Below are positions 45,966 through 54,274 of a stretch of DNA of 58,379 bases, in pieces; position 1 is the first letter of the stretch, and each line of letters begins with the position of its first letter. Made by a program: the position numbers and the translations under genes. A model generated the notes under the pieces. The model worked only from the letters and a program-made list of their open reading frames with translations, did no database searches and was not told the DNA's origin. Source of the stretch: Candidatus Magasanikiibacteriota bacterium (GTDB taxonomy: Bacteria > Patescibacteriota > Patescibacteriia > Magasanikbacterales > UBA922). The DNA is taken from the NCBI GenBank assembly GCA_043809645.1, contig JBDROX010000003.1:1-58379 (forward strand), in the 5' to 3' direction.

Positions 45966-47552
45966 TTATTCCTTTGCAATACTCCACAACATGTCGAACT
46001 GTTTTCGGAAGCCGGAAATAATATTGGGATTTTCATAAACTGTAGAAAAGGCCTTGGGTCCAAAATATGTAATTGTAGCCTTGTTCTTGAATATGTGAAT
46101 CTCGACTGGGTTTTCGTATGTGTCTGGAAGGTACTTGGTGTGTATGTATTGGAATGTCGGATCCCCCACAGAGCTCACCTGCTTTTCAAAGTACTCCCTG
46201 TGTTTTTCATAGAGAATGATATGCTTATGAATTTTGTGCTCGATGAGAAATTTGTTGTGGTAGAGAAAAAGATCGTCGACTCTCTTCTTTACCTCTTCGT
46301 CACCTGGCTTTCCATACCCAGCCCCAATAACATATTCAGCTCCACCGTCGCTTATCAAGTCATCCAAGACTGTTTTATTGAATAGTCCTTCCACATTTTT
46401 CCATCCTGTAAGAGTTTGAACTTCTTGGTTCCAAAGATAATCAAAATAATTGAGATATCCTTTGGCCATTTCTTCGTTCTCAATTATATTCACGTATCCA
46501 CCATCCTTCCAAATAATGTTTGCAACTTTGTTTCCATATATGCAAATAACGTGCGGACTTGAGACAGATTCAGGAAGGTACTTATAAAAATATCCAGGTT
46601 CGTTTCTGATGCTCGAGTGGCTTTCTGTTCCAGAGAGGTCTGCCCCCGCATCGACGAGGTCGTGCCATTCAATTCCTTTCTTTCTTCTCACTTCTTTGCA
46701 TTTCTGTGCCTCTTCTGGAAAGTACACATCCATACTGTCTTTGCTTCCGCCAATCCAGTACACTTTGTCGACTGTACCAATGTCCTCCAAGAATATGCGT
46801 ATTCCCTTTTCTCCGCGCAAATTTTGTGATTTATCTTCCCAAAGAAATTCAAAATATTCTTTGTAACTTTCGACCAGATCATGATTGAAAATTTCTATGA
46901 TGGTATATGGCTCTGTAAAAATAAAAATGAGCACTCTATCTTTGATAATATTAATCTCACTATCTTTTCTGGCAATGTCAGGGATCAGTTTGAATTCTGT
47001 AAGGCCCTCGGTCTCTTTGATGTATGTGCTCTCTTTTTCATCCAAGTATCCGCTCACACCTTTCATGTGAATCCCATGCTCCACTTGGAGTTTGGCAAAC
47101 AAATCAATATTTTTTTTGCCATTTATTTCAAAAAAATTTGGGGACAGACCAAGCACATACCAGTAATCATCTTTGGCAAGTGTGGAATAGAGTTCCAGAT
47201 ATTTTTTTTGAATTTCTTCTTTTCCTTCGTACACAATCACTTCTTGCGAAGATACTCTATGTTTTGCAAGGAGTTCTTCAATAATATCTTCTGCAAGTTT
47301 TTTCTTTTCTTCCACTTCACCCATGATTCGCGCTGGATCAAGGGCAACATACACAGCCACACCCCTTTTTGTATTTTTTGAGACCAATTTCTTCTCTTCT
47401 AGCAGGTCGAGGGCAGTGTATACCAGGTTTCTGTGCATACCAGTTCTCCGTACGAGTTCCCCTGCTTTGGCCTCTCCTAGCTCAAAAAGTGTCAAATATA
47501 CGGTCGAAAGGTTCTTTGTAAACCCTAGTTTTTGTAAATCCTTAATAAGCAT
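45966..47552 (-). CDS. TrmB-family regulator with three tandem C-terminal effector-type domains
   Basis: LQKLGF...VY.TL...HRNLVY.AL..L.EK.LV HTH; three repeats ending YFEFLW, YFDYLW, QFDMLW. Confidence 0.88.
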   Translation of the reverse strand: MLIKDLQKLGFTKNLSTVYLTLFELGEAKAGELVRRTGMHRNLVYTALDLLEEKKLVSKNTKRGVAVYVALDPARIMGEVEEKKKLAEDIIEELLAKHRVSSQEVIVYEGKEEIQKKYLELYSTLAKDDYWYVLGLSPNFFEINGKKNIDLFAKLQVEHGIHMKGVSGYLDEKESTYIKETEGLTEFKLIPDIARKDSEINIIKDRVLIFIFTEPYTIIEIFNHDLVESYKEYFEFLWEDKSQNLRGEKGIRIFLEDIGTVDKVYWIGGSKDSMDVYFPEEAQKCKEVRRKKGIEWHDLVDAGADLSGTESHSSIRNEPGYFYKYLPESVSSPHVICIYGNKVANIIWKDGGYVNIIENEEMAKGYLNYFDYLWNQEVQTLTGWKNVEGLFNKTVLDDLISDGGAEYVIGAGYGKPGDEEVKKRVDDLFLYHNKFLIEHKIHKHIILYEKHREYFEKQVSSVGDPTFQYIHTKYLPDTYENPVEIHIFKNKATITYFGPKAFSTVYENPNIISGFRKQFDMLWSIAKE

Positions 47553-47564
47553 AGTTTTCTATTT

Positions 47565-47686
47565 TGTCACAATGTGTATGACAGGTATGTATAAATTTGC
47601 TCTATATTAAGCTATATATATCATATAGAAAGTGTCACCACATGTCAAGTGACAGACTTGACAAAGAACTGAAAACACGCTATAAT
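47565..47686. promoter_or_regulatory. Back-to-back promoters with two palindromic operator candidates
   Basis: TGTCA-N9-TGACA (47565-47583), TGTCAC-N10-GTGACA (47633-47654); minus TTGACA-17-TATGAT (47648-47620); plus TTGACA-17-TATAAT (47658-47686). Confidence 0.75.
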
Positions 47687-47809
47687 TTGCTGTTATCAAC
47701 ATAACAAATCGTTCATTACAGTCTAGAAGTGAGAGATCGATCCGGCTCTCATGGCAACCACAGGTGTGGAAGCCAGCAGTAACCGGATTGAGATCTTCAG
47801 GAGGAAGTC

Positions 47810-48430
47810 ATGATCCGTTCGATCGTTATCATTCTCGTCGTTCTTTCCGTCAATTTCCTCACCGCGGACGCGAAGGCTCAGTATGGCTTCGTCGAGTTCC
47901 AGGCTCAGGCCGAGAGTGGCCTGTTCGTGCCGACGGTCGACCTCCTTGTCGGCGGAACGATCGCAAAAACCCGGTTCGGCACCCTCGGGGTCGAGGGGTT
48001 TGCTCTCGTATCCGACGGCTGGGCCGAGCTCTACGCTGGACCGACCTGGACCATCATCCCTGAGCTCACCATCGGACTCTTCGCCGGCATGGAGACTGGT
48101 CCAGAGACGCTTCCGCGTTTCGCGACCACAGTCATCGTAAACTACGAGGAGTTCAGCTTCTTCGGTGCTGTGGAGTTCAATACTCGCAGCTTCGATGGCG
48201 AGCAGACCGGCCTATGGTATCGCCTCGTCGCCACCGGCTCGGCCACGAGTTGGCTGAAGGTCGGCGTGGAGTGGCGACGGTTCGCGGGTCTCGGTCCACA
48301 CGTTGCCGTCAAGATCCCAGAGACCCCCGTGGGTCTCTGGGTTAGCTGGATGCCGCTCGAGCCCGAAGGACTCGACGGCAACATCGTGAACCTCGACCGT
48401 TTCCTCCTAGGAGGGAAGGTCGGGTTCTGA
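47810..48430 (+). CDS. Secreted beta-strand-rich protein resembling an outer-membrane beta-barrel
   Basis: AGGAGG RBS; signal peptide ending AKA; alternating amphipathic strands rich in G/W/F/Y; ends FLLGGKVGF. Confidence 0.75.
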   Translation: MIRSIVIILVVLSVNFLTADAKAQYGFVEFQAQAESGLFVPTVDLLVGGTIAKTRFGTLGVEGFALVSDGWAELYAGPTWTIIPELTIGLFAGMETGPETLPRFATTVIVNYEEFSFFGAVEFNTRSFDGEQTGLWYRLVATGSATSWLKVGVEWRRFAGLGPHVAVKIPETPVGLWVSWMPLEPEGLDGNIVNLDRFLLGGKVGF

Positions 48431-48658
48431 AACACAGGCCTGGTGTGAGCCTTTGATCACATTACCCCATGTTAGCTAGTAGTTGAACTCGAACACTAGC
48501 ATGGGGACATCAACTCTTTTTATCACATGGTGTGGTGGAAGGCGAGAGAATAAAAAAACACCGCTTGATGCGGGTTTTTTTGTATATTGACAAAGGCATG
48601 CTTTTATGTTTATCATATGTGCACGTTCAAATGGGTCAAAGGCCCTAGGAGGGAATCA

Positions 48659-49369
48659 ATGAAACCAGTATTTTGCGTGCTCATTGCAGCGCTGCTGCTG
48701 CTAATCGGATCTTGCTCGGACAACACAAGTGCTGATCAGGATCTCAGGATCGTCTGCGTGACGACCAGTGACTGCCCCAGCGGAATTTGCGTGTTCGAAG
48801 GTACTGTTGGCCACTGCTCGGAGTGTCCACCGTGCGGAGACGGTGAGCGCTGCAACGCTCAGACAGGCAACTGCGAGAAGATCTTGCCGTGCGGCGCGTT
48901 GTTCGAATGTCCTTTGGGACAACTTTGCAGTTCTGGGGAATGTGTGCTCGGCTGTGGCGTGACCACGCTGGAGGGCTGCTGCGCGCTGCCTGCTGACCCT
49001 CCTGACGAGCCTGATGCAGAAGACTCTTCCGATGCCATTGAAGAAGATGTGGTCCCAGTGCCCGCGGCGCGAGTGGATCCTCTTTGCGGCGGATCACTGC
49101 CGCTGGTGTGCATCGAAGGTCGGTATTGTGCAGTGCAGGACAACTGTGCGAGCGACGACGACTGCCCGCTCGGGTATGAGTGCTCGGACACGCTCCAGTG
49201 TCTACTCCTCATCATCGGCGATTCACCGGTCGATCCAGGTCCGACATCGCCGTGCCTGTGCTCAGAGGCAGGCTGCGACCAGAACAACTGCGTGCAGTGC
49301 CTCAAGCCAAATGACTGTGGTCCTCCTCAGCACTGGCAGTGTCAGGAGAACCTCTGCAAGGAGAAGTAG
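48659..49369 (+). CDS. GC-rich cysteine-rich lipoprotein
   Basis: AGGAGG RBS; LLLLIGSC lipobox; repeats CVTTSDCPSGIC, CASDDDCPLGYEC, CLKPNDC. Confidence 0.8.
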   Translation: MKPVFCVLIAALLLLIGSCSDNTSADQDLRIVCVTTSDCPSGICVFEGTVGHCSECPPCGDGERCNAQTGNCEKILPCGALFECPLGQLCSSGECVLGCGVTTLEGCCALPADPPDEPDAEDSSDAIEEDVVPVPAARVDPLCGGSLPLVCIEGRYCAVQDNCASDDDCPLGYECSDTLQCLLLIIGDSPVDPGPTSPCLCSEAGCDQNNCVQCLKPNDCGPPQHWQCQENLCKEK

Positions 49370-49562
49370 AGGCAAGGCGCAGGTCACGATATTTCGGTGT
49401 AAGATGCACCATTCAAGTCTGTCTAACTCTGTGTCATACCGATACAGGGTCGTGGTGTTGGGGAGCCACGAGACGATAAATCCCATTCCTACTATTGTTT
49501 TTACTTTTGTAAAAGTAATTGAGGAAACAAAAAATCCCGATTCAGTCGGGACTTTTGTTTTT

Positions 49563-49826
49563 TTATTTTGTTTCTTTCGCAACCCTTTTCATGAGTCGAG
49601 AGATTTTTCTGGAAGCAGTATTCTTCTTGATCACACCAGCCTTGGCTGCTTTGTCCAGAGTTTTCTGAACAGCAGTAGTCAGTGGTTTGAGTTCCTTTTC
49701 TCCAGCAGCAAGTGCTTTTGTTACATTCTTGATTGCATCTTTGTATGCATTTTTCTTTTCAAGATTTCTTTCAGCACGTTTCTTTGCCTGGCGAACATCT
49801 TTTATTGATGCTTTTTTAATTGGCAT
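49563..49826 (-). CDS. rpsT: 30S ribosomal protein S20
   Basis: MPIKKASIK, DKAAKAGVIKKNTASRKISRL. Confidence 0.97.
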   Translation of the reverse strand: MPIKKASIKDVRQAKKRAERNLEKKNAYKDAIKNVTKALAAGEKELKPLTTAVQKTLDKAAKAGVIKKNTASRKISRLMKRVAKETK

Positions 49827-49910
49827 AAAAAATAGTTGAATGGTTTATGGGTTGAATAGTTCGAGTGTGTCCATCTACGGTGGATCAGCTTGTAGCTGAA
49901 GAGCGGGGAT

Positions 49911-49939
49911 ATTATACTGAATAGAGCTCTTTTTGTCAA
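49911..49939 (-). promoter_or_regulatory. rpsT promoter
   Basis: TTGACA-17-TATAAT on the minus strand. Confidence 0.8.
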
Positions 49940-49942
49940 GTC

Positions 49943-51061
49943 TTAGTCTTCAAGACGCGGTTTATCGAGTTGAAGTGGTTCTATTTCACGTTCTCCGTCT
50001 GTGATACGCACGACATCTTTATCTATCTTCCCAAGTTCTTTGTAGGCAGTGTTGTAATGATTGACTGTAGTTGACATACTTCCTCCGAGTTTCTTCATAT
50101 AGTCTTCGTATGCTTTCACATGCTTGCCTAGCATCTCAACGTTCTTCTGGATTCCCTTTGCGCTTTCCTCAATCTTGAGAGCTCGAAGTCCCTGCAACAC
50201 TGTTTGGAGATATGCAGCAAACGTTGTTGGGGAGACGATAATTACTTTCTTTTCTTTGAATGCATACTCAATGAGGCTTCTGGTGTTGACCTTCACAGCC
50301 CCAACTTCATTTACTAATAAATCATAATAGATAGCTTCGGCCGGAATAAACATGAAGGCAAATTCAAGTGTTCCCTCTTTCATTTTAATATATTTGGATG
50401 TTTCATCAATTCTTTTTTTCAAATCATTTTTAAAATCTTTTTCAAGTACAGCTTTTTTCTCTTCATCTTTTTCCTCGAGAATCCTGTTGTAATTATCCAG
50501 AGAAAACTTTGCATCTACTGGGATGAGACCATCTTTTGTCTTCACAACTGCATCAACAATATCTCCATCCGCGAATTTATATTGAAATTCAAAGGCTGTT
50601 GGTGGCAAAATATTTTCTAATACCAGTTGCAAACCAGCTTCACCAAGGTTCCCTCTGTGTTTCTGGTTTGTAAGAACTCTTTCCAGATTTGAAAGCTGTT
50701 CAGAAAATCCAATCACTTGCTGATTTGTTTTATCAAGGCTTGTGAGTTTCTCTGTAATGTCAGCAATCATCTTTGTGCTTTGTCCAGTCACCCCCTGCAT
50801 CATCTTTGTGCTTTGGCCGAATTGTTCTTGAATCGTACGATTGAGAGATGACTGTGTATCGTTCATGGATTTTTGCGTGTCGGTCATCTTCTGATCCAAA
50901 GTTCGTGTCAATTCCTGAATCTGATTTTGCATCATCACAAATTGATTTTGCTCACCTTCTTTTGGCGTTTGACTTTCCTGAAATTTTTTGTAGAGTAAAA
51001 AAAGAAGTATAAGTGCTCCAACAAGTAAGATTGACAGGACGATGAGGAGTACATTTGTCAT
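49943..51061 (-). CDS. rmuC: DNA recombination protein RmuC
   Basis: N-terminal TM and coiled coil; RGNLGE, VDAVV, PVDAKF, FMFIPAEAIY, IVSPTT. Confidence 0.93.
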   Translation of the reverse strand: MTNVLLIVLSILLVGALILLFLLYKKFQESQTPKEGEQNQFVMMQNQIQELTRTLDQKMTDTQKSMNDTQSSLNRTIQEQFGQSTKMMQGVTGQSTKMIADITEKLTSLDKTNQQVIGFSEQLSNLERVLTNQKHRGNLGEAGLQLVLENILPPTAFEFQYKFADGDIVDAVVKTKDGLIPVDAKFSLDNYNRILEEKDEEKKAVLEKDFKNDLKKRIDETSKYIKMKEGTLEFAFMFIPAEAIYYDLLVNEVGAVKVNTRSLIEYAFKEKKVIIVSPTTFAAYLQTVLQGLRALKIEESAKGIQKNVEMLGKHVKAYEDYMKKLGGSMSTTVNHYNTAYKELGKIDKDVVRITDGEREIEPLQLDKPRLED

Positions 51062-51221
51062 AGCCTTTGCAGTTATTTTAGCCAGGGTATTATAGCCATA
51101 AAAAACAAATAACACCAATATGGTGTATTGCCGGGTATTTGTTATGCGCCCCCGGTTGGCGCTCTGTGCGTGTATCAGCGAGTCGGTAGTGTAACCGACC
51201 GCTAGAGCTTGTGAGCTCACG

Positions 51222-51362
51222 TCATCTTCCTCGAAAGTGTCGGGCCATCATGGGTTCTTGCTCCTTGGCCGCGGCCAGTTTGTAGCAAAGCTTCTCTACC
51301 TCTCTCTTGAGTCTCTCGACTTCAGCCTCAAGCTCACGAATTCTTTTGTCCTTCTTATCCAT
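51222..51362 (-). CDS. 46-aa coiled-coil orphan (not in the ORF track)
   Basis: GGGGGAG RBS; MDKKDKRIRELEAEVERLKREVEKLCYKLAAAKEQEPMMARHFRGR. Confidence 0.55.
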   Translation of the reverse strand: MDKKDKRIRELEAEVERLKREVEKLCYKLAAAKEQEPMMARHFRGR

Positions 51363-51631
51363 GCTCTACTCCCCCAATATAAGGTCTCGGTGGTGGGTAC
51401 TAAAAGGGTTTGTACCTGTGAGGACACTTTATGTCCTTGACAAGTAACAGAGCCTTATATATAATCTATAAAGAGTGGCAAATATCACCACGTGGTGGTA
51501 TATACCACCTATTTAACTAAAAATGGCTTTATATAGCGGAGAAAGTTATTAACATTTTGCTTTTTACGATGAGATTGCGACGTCATTCGAAGACTCATTC
51601 CTCGCAATGACAGAAAAAAATATTTCGTTTT

Positions 51632-52381
51632 ATGCACACAGACACTCTGCTCAATCTCGGGCTTTCTCAAAACGAGGCAAAGATCTATGAGACCATGCTT
51701 CAAGAAGGCGAAACGACCGTGAGTGAGATCTCTAACAAAAGTAAAATTCATAGACGAAATATTTATGATTCAATGAATCGCCTTATGGAAAAAGGACTTG
51801 TTTTTCAGGTCATTGGAAGGGGAGATAATCTGTTTCGACCAGTGGAGCCAAATAAGCTGATGGAACTGGTGGATGAAAAACGAGAGCTTCTCGAGAAAAT
51901 CATGCCTGACCTGCTCTCTGAGTATGAAGCAAAGCCACATCTGGAGGCTGCATACATCTATAAGGGTATTGAAGGTTTTAAGAACTATCTCAGAGATATT
52001 TTGGCAAATGAAGAAGAAGCCTATTTTATAGGTGCAAAAGGCGCTTGGTTTGATCCTCGCCTGAAGACATTTTTGGATAGTTTTCTTATTAAAGCGAAAA
52101 AAAGAGGAATAAAGTATCGTCACCTCTTTGATTTTGAGGTCAAGGATCAGATTCCGTATGTACCAGAAGAGGTTGGAAAGCCTTATAAATATCTCCCAAA
52201 AAAGTATTCCACACCTTCTATGGTTGACATCTTTGGTGATCATGTGGTTTCATTCACAGGCGCGGGGCTTGCGAAGATAAGTGATGATATTACTATCTTT
52301 GTAAATATATCTCGCCCTCTCGCTACTAGTTATAAGACATGGTTTCAATTTATGTGGGATTATTGCCCGAAGGTTGAGTAA
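51632..52381 (+). CDS. TrmB-family transcriptional regulator
   Basis: LGLSQNEAKIY, IHRRNIYD...L.EKGLV, YKGIEG, ends WFQFMW. Confidence 0.9.
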   Translation: MHTDTLLNLGLSQNEAKIYETMLQEGETTVSEISNKSKIHRRNIYDSMNRLMEKGLVFQVIGRGDNLFRPVEPNKLMELVDEKRELLEKIMPDLLSEYEAKPHLEAAYIYKGIEGFKNYLRDILANEEEAYFIGAKGAWFDPRLKTFLDSFLIKAKKRGIKYRHLFDFEVKDQIPYVPEEVGKPYKYLPKKYSTPSMVDIFGDHVVSFTGAGLAKISDDITIFVNISRPLATSYKTWFQFMWDYCPKVE

Positions 52382-52399
52382 TTTTTTGAAATTTTGAAT

Positions 52400-52474
52400 G
52401 CCCCTGTAGTTCAATGGATAGAACAAGACACTCCTAACGTCTAGATCCAAGTTCGATTCTTGGTGGGGGCACCA
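52400..52474 (+). tRNA. tRNA-Arg(CCT), CCA encoded
   Basis: GCCCCTG/TGGGGGC acceptor; CT CCT AA loop; one anticodon-stem mismatch. Confidence 0.9.
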
Positions 52475-52537
52475 ACCTATGGTAGGTTCGTACTGGTAGA
52501 CCTTGGTCTACCTTTATTTTCAGAAAAGGAGAACAGA

Positions 52538-53116
52538 GTGAAATCCCTTATTGGTATGGAAAGGGGGCTCCGCGATATTTTTCGAGAGCTACTAAAGGTT
52601 CGGCGCTGGGAACATCTCTCCTCGAGCTATAAGGAATCTGTTGCCGAGCATACACTCAAGATGTCATTCCTGTGTATGGTCATGCTCGCCATCGAGCGTC
52701 GTGCTGGGGTGCACCAGATCAACGAGGCAGAGATTCTTGGTTGCGTGATCACACACGACTGGGGCGAGATCCTCGTCAATGACATTTCTCGTCACCAGAA
52801 AACCCCGGAGCGTGAAAAGGCCGAGGATGAAGCTTTCGCAACAATGATGAGCTCGATCGTTCCACCAGATCTCTTGAACTACTTTCAACTTCCAATCGAT
52901 CGTCGGATCGACGTCGACGATCTTACGCGAGAGTTTTGGAACGCCTGTGAGCATATAGGTTATTTGATCTTTGCATTCGAGGAATACTATGGAAATGGAG
53001 AGCAGGATTTCCTCCAGGTTATTCGCGATGAGCAGAAGGTGCTAATGGCTTTCCGAAAGAAGTTCGTGAGCGTAGACTCTTTCCTAGTTGGACTCGAACA
53101 GACGATGGGTTTCTAG
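52538..53116 (+). CDS. HD-domain phosphohydrolase (YfbR/5'-deoxynucleotidase-like)
   Basis: AAGGAG before GTG; VRRW, ESVAEH, THDWGE...D. Confidence 0.8.
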   Translation: MKSLIGMERGLRDIFRELLKVRRWEHLSSSYKESVAEHTLKMSFLCMVMLAIERRAGVHQINEAEILGCVITHDWGEILVNDISRHQKTPEREKAEDEAFATMMSSIVPPDLLNYFQLPIDRRIDVDDLTREFWNACEHIGYLIFAFEEYYGNGEQDFLQVIRDEQKVLMAFRKKFVSVDSFLVGLEQTMGF

Positions 53117-53245
53117 CGTGAGGGACTGTACACACTGGGATTTTGATCTTCCTGCGACCAAACGGCCGCAGGAAGATGTAATTGTCTAGACTATTGTATA
53201 CATTTGAACTCAAATATAGATATTTCAGCCTGAGAGGCTATTTTT

Positions 53246-53261
53246 TGTTTCACGTGAAACA
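53246..53261. promoter_or_regulatory. parS site
   Basis: Perfect palindrome TGTTTCACGTGAAACA. Confidence 0.92.
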
Positions 53262-53426
53262 AATTGGATACTTCTGTGTGAAATGTTGATGGAACTGGGG
53301 ATATCTTTCGAAAAGTGGGGAGTACTTTAATAAAAAGCACAAATTTAACACAAAATACTAAAACTATACCTCTAATTGCAATTCTAATGAGATCAGTGAC
53401 CTTTGTGGCAATCAAATCTAAAGAGT

Positions 53427-53442
53427 TGTTTCACGTGAAACA
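53427..53442. promoter_or_regulatory. parS site
   Basis: Perfect palindrome TGTTTCACGTGAAACA. Confidence 0.92.
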
Positions 53443-53628
53443 ATTTAGAAGACTATTTCCAGATTTTTACAAAATTATGAAAGTTTTCTGCTAAATATAA
53501 ACGTAAAATAGCGTCGTACAACAATGACACATAAAAACACAAAATTTTTAATTATTTTCTATAAAAAAGAACCGTCTGTGGGTAGTATTCTGTAAGTAGT
53601 GCTACCACCTGTGGTATACTTGTCCCAT

Positions 53629-54273
53629 ATGAAAAAGATAGCTTTTTTTAGTATTTTTGTCCTACCCTTTTTTCTGATTTCTACACTGAGCGCTGCCATG
53701 ACTGGGGGGCAGTTTATTGTTGTTGAGGATGGGTTTAGTTTTGTAGAGTCTATTACGAGTACTGGAGGAACGTTTGAGCTACATGATTATGGAAACTATG
53801 ATTCTGGTTCAGAAAGTGGTGGTGATTTTGAAATTTTCGGCGGTTTTCTTTTCCCAGGGCTTGCCTCTCTTAGCCTAACAGTGAGCGCAGGTTCTCTTGA
53901 TTTGGGAACGCTCAGTACTAGTGCAACATCGTCAGATTCATTGACACTCACTGTCACGACTGACTCTAGTACGGGGTACACAGTCTCAATTACAGAAGAT
54001 GGGAATTTACGTTCTGGCGCGAATGATATTGATGATGTCAGTGATACGCTTGTCAGCGTTGGTGCAGAAGAATACGGAATTCACACAACCATTGGTACTT
54101 CTGGACTTTTGGATGATGATACTGCGATTGATGGGACAGTGAACGTTATGGCCAATTCTGGTGCTGTAACAGGCCAGACAACAGACGTTACCTTTACGGC
54201 AGGAATAACTGGGAGCACGGTTGCAGGTTCATACTCAAATACCGTTACCTTCACAGCAACAGTAAACCCGTAG
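53629..54273 (+). CDS. Secreted Ser/Thr-rich beta-sandwich protein, WxL-like
   Basis: Signal peptide; LDLGTL...LTVTTDSSTGYTV...AGSYSNTVTFTAT C-terminus. Confidence 0.7.
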   Translation: MKKIAFFSIFVLPFFLISTLSAAMTGGQFIVVEDGFSFVESITSTGGTFELHDYGNYDSGSESGGDFEIFGGFLFPGLASLSLTVSAGSLDLGTLSTSATSSDSLTLTVTTDSSTGYTVSITEDGNLRSGANDIDDVSDTLVSVGAEEYGIHTTIGTSGLLDDDTAIDGTVNVMANSGAVTGQTTDVTFTAGITGSTVAGSYSNTVTFTATVNP

Positions 54274-54274
54274 T

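Noticed and set aside
49014-49808. 264-aa and 106-aa ORFs around the Cys-rich lipoprotein and rpsT
   Set aside because: Alternative or antisense frames kept open by high GC; they overlap better-supported genes.
49943-51220. Extended N-terminus of RmuC as listed in the ORF track
   Set aside because: The extension crosses a terminator-like hairpin and a -10-like element; the TM-led start at 51061 fits the family.
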